A stretch of DNA of 64,000 nucleotides from assembly GCA_951406725.2 (NCBI GenBank), contig OX597817.1, forward strand, positions 132,308,001-132,372,000, written 5' to 3'. Within the stretch, counting starts at the first letter, position 1. Every line of letters begins with the position of its first letter. Origin of the DNA: Octopus vulgaris (Eukaryota). Below are positions 13,509 through 27,125 of the stretch, in pieces. A program made the translations under genes and the position numbers. Below the pieces are notes generated by a model. The model was not told the origin of the DNA and did not search any database. It saw only the letters and a list, made by a program, of their open reading frames with translations.

Positions 13509-16500
13509 CTTATTTATCAAAGGAAGAATGAACTCAAACACGATCTTAGTCATATTTAACAAACCTTTATCTAATGGGAAATCTATTAATGCGATCCCCG
13601 ATTCAGGACCCTCTTGTTTAGAATGTAACCTTTTTGAAGTGAATTTTGTCAATGTATAACTAGCTTTCTCGGATTTTAATGTTTTAACACTTTATCGAAT
13701 TATGGAACATTTATACCAGCCCCTATTTTATGATTGGCCCACTGATATTTTGTTCTCTTTGAAAATTGGAAATAAACAAAGAAATATGCATATTTTAAGC
13801 ATAAAACGTGTATTTTGTATCTCTGGTTTACCGCACCATATGCTTTTGACAGCCGCAGTGTATATCAATGTTTCTCTCATCAAAAAAAGTAGAAGGGCGT
13901 ACCCTTTTTAAACATTTGATTCATCAGTTAAGGAGGAACGAAGCAGATATTACCATCATGACAAAAGATGCTCTACAATCACGACTATATATTTATACAT
14001 ATTCAACGAAAAACTCAAATAACTAAGTAATTTATATGCGACAGCACGACTGCTCAGCCAACCATAAACAATCTGATAACATTCTCCTATTGTTGGTGCT
14101 GCCGACGACAAACTATAGAATATGTAATCCTCTGCAGCAGTGGCTTAGAAATATGTTATCGTCAATAGTTTGATCATTTACTCTTATCTTATTCCCATTC
14201 CACGTGTCTTTCTCTATACAGGAGCTTTATATATGCTGGCTCCGCCTTCAACTGCTTTGTTCGACTCACAGATGGATAACTAAGATGGTGGTACAAAACT
14301 CATTTTATCGCCGTTATCGTACAACCTGCTCTACTAAATTCTTTCATTCGTTTGTGTTTTTGTTATATCTAATCTAAAATTGATTTCTTATTTAACTACA
14401 AAACGACAAATTTATAAAGGAAGTCAAAATAAGGCATTTTTACGTGATTTTTCGTGGTGTTTCTAAATAATCTTTCTGCGTAATTACAATAAGTTTCGAC
14501 TAGGAATCAAAACTGGATCAGATGGCCCATTTCCTTGTACAGTTCATTAACTGATATAGCATAGGGTTGATAAATGTAATGCGTTTCATATTTGTATTTC
14601 GTCACATAAAGAATATAAAATGTCTACATTCTTATAATGCAGCAATACAGAACATTGTTCTATTTAATAAATGCAGAATTGTTTTATTTAATCTCTGAAT
14701 TCGTCACATGAACAGAATAAATATGTTTTTAATCTATTAAGGTCTGACCGGTCTTTGTTTTACTCCTTGACGAACTGGCAGGGTTGTTAGCGCAACGGAA
14801 AGATTGTCTAGCATAGCTGTTCAGGCTCTTTATGTTCCCAGTTAAAATTTCGTCGAGGTAAATTTAGCCGTTCATTCCTTCGGAGTTGATACAATAAAGT
14901 CCCAGCAAATTATTGGGGATCTGTGCAATCAACTGCCCTCCTCCCTTAAAATTTTGCGGCAAAATTCGAAACATTTATGCCTATATTTTTATTCTGTTGC
15001 GGTCAATCGAATTATAAGATGAAAAAAAAAATATATATATATTTGAGCCGTATTGCTTGTTGATTAAGATATCATTCCAAGGTTTGAACCAGAGATACAG
15101 AGATTTCAAAAGGTCTCGGAAACGATTCAACCCACGAAATCTTTTTTAGTTGTTTTAGTAGAAGGGAAAAAATGGTAAGGAGGGGAAAATGAATTACAAA
15201 ATTGTTATTTAGTAATTCTGTAAGTCTCACATCAATAATGGATATATCGTAGCGATATGTGTGTCGACCAGGAAATACAAATGTCATTTTTCTTCATCTT
15301 ATTATAAATTCAAATTTTAGAAATACAACAACTTTGCAAAGATGGCTGTCAGGGACATTAAACTTCATGAAAAGAATCGAGAAAAAGGAACAACGTTACA
15401 GCAATCTAAACTAGAGTCCACCATTTAAAGATAGAAATAAATAATACAACAATAAATCTATCGCTAGAAGATATTATTTTTTATTGATCTTATACACGCT
15501 GTGTTGTTTCATTTTATATTTTGTTATATTTTTATTTATATCTTTGCTGAATTTCCATTTCTGTTAGCTCCGAGCAATGTTTGAAGCTTCGAGCTATGAC
15601 ACTCAAGGTAAACATTTTTCGCCGTTTTCTTTGTGTTCTTTTATGGAAACGGCATTTACACATCTATTTCTTGTGCAGAGATTCAGCCAGTCAAAGGACA
15701 TTAGGTTCTATCAAACCAGATTTCATATTTTTGATCGAAACTCTTACAGTTATGCATTTTCTCGTATTTATATTTCGTTTGTTGACAATGGCCGCACGTG
15801 CTTTGAATGCTGTTTACACAATCAACCAGTTTTTGTACAAAGACTGTAAATTCATTTCATGCGTGAGTCGTATAAAGGCAGAAAATGCGGTTAACTGAAG
15901 CAAACACTTAAAAAACAAAATCAACCGCAACAAAAGAGGCTAAAGTGATTTCGAACTTAAAGGACGAACAAATTAGCTACGGTCTGTTAAGTAAAAATGT
16001 TTAGTTTCTCGGCTCAACAGGCGTCAGTTCATATCTTCTAACAATTTCTGTCTTCTCCTTTCGGGGAAATTTCCTAACTTTATTTGTTTTAGTTTCAAAA
16101 TCATTTCAAATGAAGAGGTAAGTGGATGGCGGCAGTTTTTATATTTGTGATTTCAAATCTCAATTCCATAACTGAATGGGCTCTTCCCCCTTTTGAAATA
16201 AATCTCATCCTGTCACGACCAGCTTTCATGATTATTAAGCAGAATCGGTAGAGTAGTAAGCAAACACGTTATGTTTATTGGCTTGCATAAATCTTAATGT
16301 TCTGAGATCAAATTCATCCCATGCAGACTTCACATCTTTTAAGTCTCTGAGATCGATAAAATAAAGTACCACCAGTTCATTGCTGGCATTGATCCAATCG
16401 ACTAGATTCAACATCCAAATTTCAATTTGTTAGAATTTGATATCCTTACAAAATGAAGAGAAACATGCGGTTCAATAAGAGGAAAATTCCTGGATTGTTC

Positions 16501-18044
16501 TGTTAAGAATACGGTTTCGATTCCTATTAAAGTTTTCTTTTACATTTACAATGTAATATCTTTGGGAAATGGGAAATGCATAAATGCGTTAATATATCTC
16601 ATCCAAACGTATTGAACATTGATGCCTAATTTGATAGATTCGCTTCAATTAATATATTTTCTTGTTAACATCGAGAATTAAAATTTAGTTTCGGCTTATT
16701 TCTTGAGGTGCAAAAATGATCGATTCTTTGATACTATCTCATTCTAATTCTTAGTTAACCTCTAAAATATCTTTAAAAAATTAAGAATTTAGAGATACTT
16801 ATTATCAATATATGATATCCATTCTATTAGATATACTTTATTGAATGAACTCTAATACAAGAGGCATGGCAGAAGAAATATATAAGTTTAAAGTTTATGC
16901 AAAGAGACAGACGACCTTGCTAGTCTTAAATCTGATATATATTTCTATACAGGGAAATATTATTTCTTACAAATTAATATATTACACATATTTTATATGG
17001 GCAGTAAATACATACCCTGTATATTATACAGATATATATTATATGGACAATAAATACACACACTACGAATTATACAATATATATATATATTTATATATGT
17101 ATATATGCACACACATACATACATACATGTACGCGTACGCACACACACAACCACACAGACGAACACTATTTGTATTACTAGAATCAGGTGGCAGCTGTGT
17201 GACTGTTAGATACGAATAAGTTTTAAAGAAAATCGGTAGTGAATAGAAGACGATATAATTAGCGTCATATTACATGCGAAGTGCTACTGATGTTTAAGAT
17301 GGACGATAGGAAAGTAGAAAGTAGACATGTCACCCTGCCTTCCCTCCCCGACTGCCATCTGGTGGACAAAACCACAACAAAGACAGAGTCGGAAGGAATC
17401 AAAACTGCAAACGTGTGGTTACTTTTCTTTAAAAGCCTTTTTTCTGTCTTAATGAGTTTTCACATTTGCTGTGACATTTGAACGATGGTAAAGAGAATAA
17501 AGCTAAAACTGACATTGTGATATTTCTTCAGATACAATGAGGTGGTTCGTTCTTGACGTCTAGTCACCTTCCGTTTCCCTTCTCTCGCCGTTCTGTTTGT
17601 CAACACTTAATGTTTTTCTTCTCTTCATTTAACTCTCTATTTTCCATTCATATCCCGTCCACTATTTACGAAATAAGTAGCCATCAGGAAACACTAATGA
17701 ATAGATTACGAAATTATACTCCAATTAATTATCTCGTTAGTAATTCTAAAATAACAACATCCTCAACATGACTGTCAACGGAAACTAGAATTTTACGCTC
17801 TGTTTCTGGCTAAATATCGACATAAAAGCATGTCCTAGTTTTGTAAAAAGGTACCGCACTATACAGAATATATTTCCCAATTCTTTCTTGTAGAGATGAT
17901 TAGGTGCGTATTAAAAAGCGGTTCCAATGAATTAATATGGCAATGATAAATATTTTATCAAGTTCAGATTGATGGATAAGAAAGGAAAATCCGAAAAATA
18001 GTATTCAGCTGAAAAATGTGCATTAAATATTAAATATGTAATGA

Positions 18045-18128
<84 letters not shown>

Positions 18129-18310
18129 TGTATGTATTTATGCATGCATGCATGTATGTATGTATGTATGCATGTATGTACATGTGTATGCATGTGTGTA
18201 TACCAATATACTAATGTCAAAAAATCACATAAACTTAGTCACATACAAATGTATCCATGTGCATGTGCGTGTCTGTTTATACATACATATATACATACAC
18301 ACACACATAC

Positions 18311-18430
<120 letters not shown>

Positions 18431-18676
18431 GAGTGAGTGGACAAACGAAAGTAGGGTACTCAACACATTTATTGGGAGTTACATGTATGGATCAAAACAG
18501 TTTGTTCAAATTTGTAGGTACTCCGAGTTTCAAGCGTGGTGCTAATCATCTTCAGCCATTTTGAATTTGACAGGTATTACGAGTAGCAGCTGGGCGGAAT
18601 ACAAATCGTCCAGGCGTGTGCCTGGCAGTAAATTCAAAATTGCTATATATATATATATATATATAGGTTGTTTTAT

Positions 18677-18914
18677 TGAAGACCAGCAGTTGCCCATGCA
18701 TACCAGCCTCCCTTCCTCACCCCGATGTTATCCAAGGGAAAAGCAAAAGCCGATATACAACTTGGCACCAGTGACATGTCGCAACTTATTTCTGGAGCAA
18801 CATGGAATAGAGTGTCTTGCTCAAGAACACAACACACATCCCGGTTCAGACGTTGAACTCACTTCCTCATGATTGTGCGCCCTACGATCTAACTACGACG
18901 CCATGCGCCTTCAC
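18677..18914 (-). mobile_element. tRNA-derived SINE, family 4 (V/Meta-like central domain)
   Basis: Minus strand gtgaaggcgcatggc...gagttcaa...gtgttgtgttcttgagcaagacac. Confidence 0.6.
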
Positions 18915-19882
18915 TTGCATAGGTTACGTATATAATATATCATACCTTCATACTGAGAGGACTGAAATCCCTGAGGACACTCCCTGATATTGAATAAAGT
19001 GTGAAACATTTACGGTATGCAAATTAGCAGCTCCGGTATTCCTTATATACTTGTTGAGTATATAAAACCTATTGGCTGTTTGTTTCTCTAAGAAATGTTA
19101 ACTCGAAAACCGGTCAAGATTGTTCGTCACTCTCCCAGTCAATGGAGAAATAACTAATTTTTCCCTGCTTATATATCTACTATACAGGTTACACATACAC
19201 GCACACAGACGCACATACACACTCACACACACATATATACGTGTGTGTATGTTACTACACCATTATTGTGTTTTAGCACAATGTGTGCCCTTGCGTGGAT
19301 GAACACGTACAGAAAGAGAAAACAGCAATGTATTTGAGTCATACTTCAAAATATATTGTATCGTGATATTTCTGATTAAAAGAGACGGACAATCTTTTTT
19401 TTTTTTCTCATATTTTCTTTATATTTTTGCTTCGTTTCAACTCCAACCAGTAAATGTAACAGTTTCAATATAAAGACGAGGCGCTAGATTACCGATCGTT
19501 GTTTTTCAAATCTGTCAGTTTGTGCATTAGAAAAGGTTGTCATGTTGTCAAACGTTCACAGATAAATAGCAGTGTGTGGATTTGAGTTTTGTATGTATCA
19601 AGTGTTACCTTTCTCGCTTTTTTTCTTTCTCGGAACACACGAATATACATACACATACGCGCACATACATGCATACACACACTTATACCAAACATATAGT
19701 TACACTTATCTATTCGGCCTACTTTCTTTTCTTTCTCTCTCTCTCTCTCTCTCTCTCTGTATCCATCCATCCATCAATGATATGTGTGGGTGCGTATTTC
19801 TGTAGATATGTATGCATGTATGCTGATATATCTGCATATATATATGTATATATAACTATATCTAACTCTGTCTCTCTTTTTT

Positions 19883-19927
<45 letters not shown>

Positions 19928-19930
19928 GTA

Positions 19931-19982
<52 letters not shown>

Positions 19983-20063
19983 TAATTAGAAAATAATATA
20001 TACCGATAGTATATACGGATATTTTGTCTCTTAGTAGGTTACTATAACCGCTAACACTGTTTA

Positions 20064-20110
<47 letters not shown>

Positions 20111-20112
20111 CA

Positions 20113-20171
<59 letters not shown>

Positions 20172-21877
20172 CGCGCGTACCCGCAGACACACGCACATAC
20201 ACCATGTATGCACACACACGCACACACACATACACACACAAAAGACATTTAGCAGATTGTGTGTCTGTATATGTATGTGTGCGTTTCTGTGCACATATTT
20301 AAGATGGAGTTAGTGAAGGCGAAAACGGGTAAAACCTTTCGAAGGAACTAGAGACAGTGTAAATATTTCACGTGAATATGAAATGTCAACTTCTTAAAGA
20401 ATACGATGGTAATGGTAATCAGCTCAATACAAGAATCATAGAAAAGTGTTGTCTTTTTTCTCTAAGACACTGCAAAAATAAAAGAAAATTAAATAAAAAT
20501 AAAAATCACAATAAATTAAATAAAATCGTCAATAGCGTAGCAGTGTGAAATAAAAAGTACAACAGTTAACAGCGACTCAGACATTCATTTGAATTTGTTT
20601 TCGTTGTCTTTTATTTAAATCTTTTTATTTCAATAAATTTGTCAGATTAAGAAATCACTGATAAACCGTTAAAGCGATTAAACGCCTGTTTATTGAAGTG
20701 AAGGGCTAAAAAAATGTCTTCTTGACGTCACTTGGTTTGAGACGACGCAGAAGTATATTTGCGTCTCTCCGTTAGACATTACACCAGTTACTCTGCGTGA
20801 GAATAACGACGACATTTTGGTTCTTAATCTTTTATCACTCGCAATACAGATGGTTATATGACGTCCCACTTCCAACCCCAGATTATTTTAACTAAACTCT
20901 AAACGAAGTTTCATAGCTTTGCCATGTAACTATACAGAGAGTGATTGAGGCGTGGTAGAGAAAGGGGCTGCGGCACACTATAAAGATGGATTGGGGGAAA
21001 ATTTAGAAAGCAAGCCCGTGAAACAAGGTACAAAGACGGAGTTAGGCAGAGAAATCAATTTTTTTTTTTTTTTTTTTTACATTTGAATTTTCCGTCCACA
21101 AAAATGTCAAAGATATGACATAATTATAAATAATCTTTAACAAGATGTTGGAACGTACATTCGTTGACTTAAGTGAAGGTTGCACATTAACATATTCGGT
21201 GTAGAACGAAACAAAAATTACTATGCAGCATTTAGTTATATTTCTTTAAGTTCTGAGTTCAAATTCTTACAATGGACTCAACCAATGATCCAAATTTGTC
21301 CAACATGTGACAACCGCTGGTCGACATAACTACACAACCCGGTAAAGCTGCAGTACGGTTTCGCCGCTCTCCGTATCTTGGGAACTCGCGCCTTGCATCA
21401 TTTCTGGGTCATTAGAGTTTCTCAGGCACCTGTAGTGTACCTTGATGGCCCTATTAGGCGAAAAATACAAAAGTACATAATTTATAACCGAATAACTCGG
21501 CTCATTGAATCGATTGTTCAGTTTCTTTCTGGTACTTATTATATTAAGTCAGAGCACTGAAAGAGAAGTCGTCTCCAGTATTTCTTTATAGATTCCTTCA
21601 GCCTAATACCTCGATTTAAAGGATTTTTAACAATGACAACAAGCTAATCATATGTGAGAAATTGCGGAATTGGTAACACCAAAACCTACAACAATACAAC
21701 AATGCAAGGAAGCCCGTTGTGAGCAGCGGTGTGTAACAACATCTGATTGGCAGGTCGACAGTGAGATGCAGCGATTTGCATTTGTAATATTTGGTACATG
21801 TTTTGATTTTCTGCTATGAATTTATTTTTTTACATCCGGCCATCGTCGATGTTCTGATTTATATATATATTATAATA

Positions 21878-21928
<51 letters not shown>

Positions 21929-22044
21929 CTTGGAAATGGATGCATGGCGTTCAATTAAATAATAATATAAATAATATATATGCATATTATGTAAATATAT
22001 ATATATATATACATATATATACATATATATACATATACATATAT

Positions 22045-22110
<66 letters not shown>

Positions 22111-22129
22111 ATATATATATGTATTTATT

Positions 22130-22180
<51 letters not shown>

Positions 22181-22197
22181 TTATTTATATACACTAG

Positions 22198-22438
22198 CAT
22201 TATTAAAGCTGCAAAAACATAACAAAAAATCACAAAAAACTGCTACTCGGAGTTTCACATGCCCGCCTGTCGAACAATTTAGATTGAGAATGGAAAGTTC
22301 TCCGAAGAACGGGAACGTGAAACTCTGATTGCAGTTTTTGTGATATTTATGTGAATGTTTTTGCAGCTTTAATAATAATACTAATTCGACTACTATTTTT
22401 ACCTACCCTGTTTCACATTTATGTTCTTACGTTTGGTA

Positions 22439-22440
<2 letters not shown>
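22198..22440. mobile_element. Fold-back PLE pLTR pair, family C
   Basis: ttattaaagctgcaaaaacat...ggagtttcac is inverted to gtgaaactctga...atgtttttgcagctttaataa; TA-flanked; homologous to 8865-9035 and 30680-30810. Confidence 0.7.
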
Positions 22441-22481
<41 letters not shown>

Positions 22482-22753
22482 CCACGTGAATCAATGGCGA
22501 TTTTCTTCCTCCGTCCTCCCATCTATTGGATTTCCATCTGTTTCCGAAGAAGAGCGTCTACTTGAAACATTAAACCATCTTTCTTTCATTTCCTTAGCGT
22601 CTACTAATACATTACTTGTACCAAGTCCTCACGTTGTTGTATTTTTTTGTTTGTTCTTCTTAGGATTTACTTATATATATATACATTAAAATTTTATGTC
22701 AAGTATGATAAAGTTTCCAATTTCATATATTTTCGTCTTTTTCTTCTTCACAG

Positions 22754-22834
22754 AGCAACGGAGATACTCTGCCTTTGGGCAAAGATTCGAAAGCTTTAGA
22801 ATCACTCAAACACAGACAACGATCACAGATAGAA
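22754..22834 (+). CDS. Host gene exon (81 nt, phase 0/0): SNGDTLPLGKDSKALESLKHRQRSQIE
   Basis: Strong acceptor tttcgtctttttcttcttcacag| and donor |gtgagt; open frame, phase-compatible with exon 1852-1968. Confidence 0.55.
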
Positions 22835-23545
22835 GTGAGTAGTGACGATGCTTCCGATTGCGAAATGATAACATCTGTGTGACATGTACTGTCCTAATAT
22901 ACAGTCCTTTATATAATATTCTACATTTTAGAGGGAACTATGAAAGCCGTGAGATTATATGTATGTTTTCTTGTTACTTTTTCTGTTATGTTTTTATTTT
23001 TAAATTTGATTATGATTATCATTACCATTATTAAAATTATTAATATTATTATTATTACTATTTTTATTGTTTGTAAAAATTCCAAGACGTATGAAGAGAA
23101 GATTGGTTGTGTAAGTTTGTAATTGTTAACTGCTTCTTAAGTATTATTTTATTTCATAAACACGTGTATTGTGGCTAAATAAAGGATGAAGATGATTAAA
23201 ACACATTACAGTTTTGTTTGGTGTTATTTCTTGGGTTTTGTCAGTTGATGTTATATTGGATGTGAGGAGTGAATATATAGTCGCGGGCTTGGCTGTGTGG
23301 TAAAGAGTTTGAGTCCCAACCGCTTGGCTCCGTGTTCAGTCTCACGTGGCTCTTTGGAAAAATTTCCTCTACTACAGCCTCGGCTCGAGGCTAAGGTAGA
23401 TTCGTTAGAGGGAAATGAAGGAAGCCAGTTGTATGTATACATACAAGCATACATACACATATGTAATTGTTAAAGAGGACAACAAACTTTAAAGGCAAAG
23501 CAAGCATCTCAAGTTAAATACATTATCATTATTGGAAAATTTCAA

Positions 23546-23604
23546 TGTCTTACAGCTGTTTCAAAGAATATCCCAGAGTATGGTATATTCCGTCATCGAA
23601 GACA
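23546..23604 (-). ncRNA. Degenerate minimal type I hammerhead motif, family D
   Basis: Minus strand tgtct TCGATGA cggaatat...atattct tt GAAAC AGCT GTA agaca. The sister copy at 41792-41830 has an intact CTGATGA core. Confidence 0.65.
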
Positions 23605-23941
23605 AATAGGGAAAATGAGAAAGTTATAGATTAATGAAATGATGACATAGAGGACAGAAATAAAGGAATAGGGAGATGAAGAGAAAGGGAAGAAAAAAGA
23701 AGCATAAAAGCTCACGGTTCATTTTTCCTATTTTGTACATAGGTATATCGAGGTTAATTAGGTAAGTTTACGTCGATTCCTCTGTGATGTTGTTTTGCAT
23801 TTATGACAAAATAAATATATACAAATTATAAAAAATTAAAAAAATATAGACAGTACAGTGCTGTTTCTACTTCGCAGATTTTCACCTATCACGGCTGTAG
23901 GGGGTTGGAACGTAATACCCGCGATAGTTGGGGGATAAGAC

Positions 23942-24849
23942 AAGGTAGAAAATGCTAAAATAATTTTATCATAAAGAACATTTTACCACCTGTTTCAGTC
24001 TTTGCGACTTTTTCAACTTAGAGTAAAGCATGAAAAACAATTAAATTGTTGAAAAATTAAATGAAATGTTTTTAAAAGTATTTCCATAGTTTTCAAATAC
24101 AAGGGACATTTTCCTTTTTTCTGTCTGTCTGTCTCTCTCTCTCTCTCTTTACTATTGTGAAGGCTTGATATTAGCAGTAGGTAGCAACAGTCCTAAAAGA
24201 ATATATGATAGGAGTTCTTGGTTTTCATTGTTTAAGCAGCGGAAGAAGAAGAAGAAGAAGAAGAAGAAGAAGAAGAAGAAGAAGAAGAAGAAGAAGAAGA
24301 AGAAGAAGAGGTAGTAGGAAAAGAAGAGAAAGAATAATAAAAATACGGGTGGGGTATGGCAGTAGTAGGATGTTGGTGAAATTCTTAAACGGTCATGTGA
24401 CCCAAACGTGACTAAAAAAGGTCACATGACCGTTTAAGAGGATTCCACCAACATCCTACTACTGCCATACCACACCCGTATTTTTTATTATTCTTTCTTT
24501 TCTTTTCCTACTCCCTCTCCTCCTCCTCCTCCTTCTTCTTCTTCGGTTACTGCTGCGTGAACAATCAAAACCAAGAATTCATATCAAATATCCCTTTAGG
24601 ATTGCTACTACCTACCACCTACTACCAAGCCTTCACAAGAGTAAAAAAAAGAAAGAAAGAAAGAGAGAGAGAGAAAAGAATAATGTCCCTTGTATTTGAA
24701 AACTATGGAAATATTTTAAAAAGACATTTCATTTAATTTTCCCACAATTTAATTGTTTTTCATGCTTTACTCTAAGTTGAAAAGTCTCAAAGGCTGAAAC
24801 CAGTACTAAAATGGTCTTTATGATATAATTATTTTAGCAATTTCTACCT
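23942..24849. repeat. About 450-bp-arm fold-back inverted repeat (PLE pLTR pair, family F)
   Basis: 23942-24402 is the imperfect reverse complement of 24421-24849 around an 18-bp spacer; a third copy lies at about 56500-57095. Confidence 0.9.
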
Positions 24850-25695
24850 AGAATTACCAAATATCCGGTAGTATTGCGATATACTTCCAAAACTAGATTT
24901 GGGATTTCTTCGTGTGTGAAAATAATATCACAGGATTTAAGGCCAATATCAAAAATAAACAAAAGATAGACCACAAAATCTCAGATAACGGAGAAGACGG
25001 TGGCAATAGAATTTAAATGAATCTTCAGAAAAGATCCAACAAAAAAGATTGCCGATTCCTGAGGCTTCAGACACTAACAATCAAACGGAACACCAGGAAA
25101 ACAAAAAAGTCACCAGATAAACATAAGAACAATGATGACACAAATAACTATACATGCCATAGAAAATCCACTTGTCCGCTCATGAAACAATGTTCCTCCC
25201 ACCAATATATATATATATATACAAATAACATAGCGGTTCGGCAAAAGACACCGATAGAATAATTACTAGGCTTACGAAGGATAAGTCCTGGGGGTCGATT
25301 TTTTCGACTAAAGGCGGTGCTCCAGCATGACCGAAATCAAACGGCTAAAATAAGTAAAAAAAAAATGCACAATCTCCACATCCCAACATACATAGGTGTC
25401 TCGGAAAACCTATTGAAAGTCTGTTATCGCAACCTCGTCTCTTCATTCTGAAAAATAAACAGACGACCTCATATGGGGGACTGACAGAATCAAAACTTAA
25501 ATACGAAATGGAATGGTCAATAATAAAAAAATGCACTCCCATGTAATTCGCTATCCGACAAATGTGACCTTTGCTTTGAGGAAGCATTGCATATACTGTT
25601 GGATAATGAGAACCTGGTAAACAAGCATGATGAGAAAATTCCAAGATGTAACCACCGCGCCAGATATGCATTTTCAAGATGGGTCAGCGAATAAG
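24850..25695 (+). pseudogene. Penelope-like element GIY-YIG endonuclease remnant, interrupted by a SINE fragment (about 25225-25360)
   Basis: TCHRKSTCPLMKQC; TYIGVSENLLKVCYRNLVSSF; MEWSIIKKC; DKCDLCFEEALHILLDNENLVNKHDEKIPRCNHRARY, typical of PLE C-termini. Confidence 0.85.
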
Positions 25696-25882
25696 AAACA
25701 ATAATTATAATTCTGATTCTCCCCCTCCCATCCTTCCCATCCCACATGCATATGTATATATACTGAAGTGCCCCCAAATATACCTAGTACATATATATAT
25801 GCACATAAATGTATGTGCGTGTATGTATGAGTATGGATGTATTTGTTGATCGGTGTATGTATATAAGTATGCATATGTACAC

Positions 25883-25920
<38 letters not shown>

Positions 25921-26067
25921 GCATATATATATATATATATATATACATGGGGATGCTCAGAAATGTATATATATTTGTTTACATATATATATATATATGT
26001 AAGGGATTGTATTTGTATGAAGGTATATGTGAGTGTATCTGCTAGTGTGTATATGTGCATGTATGCA

Positions 26068-26108
<41 letters not shown>

Positions 26109-26111
<3 letters not shown>

Positions 26112-26314
26112 TAATCCAAACGGGAAAACAGAAAAAACAACAACACGTGTAACAATTAAAGTATTATTATTAGGCGCTCAGGAAAGAGGGAAGAAGGAGG
26201 GTATGACGTTTCGAGCGGAGCTCTTCGTCGGAAACATACGAGAAGGAAGAAAGAAAAATCCCGAGGTTGGCGAACAGAGGGAAAAAAAACGCGACTGGTT
26301 TTTACGAAGTAAAC
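26109..26314 (-). mobile_element. Solo PLE pLTR, family B, with HHR-like motif at 26201-26235
   Basis: Minus strand gtttCCGACGAAgagctccgctcGAAACGTCatac; closely matches 43857-44070; (TA)n on both sides. Confidence 0.8.
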
Positions 26315-26332
26315 ATATATATATATATATAT

Positions 26333-26661
26333 GAGAATTACTTGCATAGCAAGTGATTTGATCTGAGATCGTGTGCTGGAACGAAAACAATTGCAGCGTG
26401 GTAGGTGTTTGTAAGCCATTTAAGAAACACACAAAAGCCGTTCGATTCACTTCAACATTTAAGTTTAATTTGTCAAAATATTTTCGTCGCTATAAGACCG
26501 CGACCTGTTCACTGACAAAAATCGTGCTGCATCAGTGGACATGTCGCGGTCTTATAGCGACGAAAATATTTTGACAAATTAAACTTAAATGTTGAAGTGA
26601 ATCGAACGGCTTTTGTGTGTTTCTTAAATGGCTTACAAACACCTTCCATGCTGCATTTGTG
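26333..26661. mobile_element. Palindromic (fold-back) element, family E, in (TA)n
   Basis: About 125-bp near-perfect inverted arms; second copy at 58684-59023. Confidence 0.9.
26469..26519 (-). ncRNA. Minimal type I hammerhead with G3-C8 swapped core
   Basis: uuuguca GUGAACA g gucgc ggucuuaua gcgac GAAA AUAU UU ugacaaa: 7-bp stem I, 5-bp stem II, palindromic helix III. Confidence 0.7.
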
Positions 26662-26759
<98 letters not shown>

Positions 26760-27017
26760 GGGGGCAGGGTATGTGTGTCTCTGAACCAAAGAATATTGAT
26801 GATCGAATAATAAACTTTCACAAATGCCGCCTGGCAGGAGGAACAGTCAATGCATACGATGCCACTCAAAGCAGGCACGTAGAAGCATGTTAACTTCAAA
26901 AGGAGTGAAACTGCCGACGTCTACTAAATTCAAACCAGTTAGCATCAAAGTCGAAGCTATTGTAACTAACGGGGACAGCAGTTGAATATCACCAGAAGAA
27001 ATACAACTGGATCCCAG

Positions 27018-27125
<108 letters not shown>

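Noticed and set aside
16093-16117. 25-nt micro-exon (ag|...|gtaagt)
   Set aside because: Good splice signals, but too short to support and it has a stop in phase 0.
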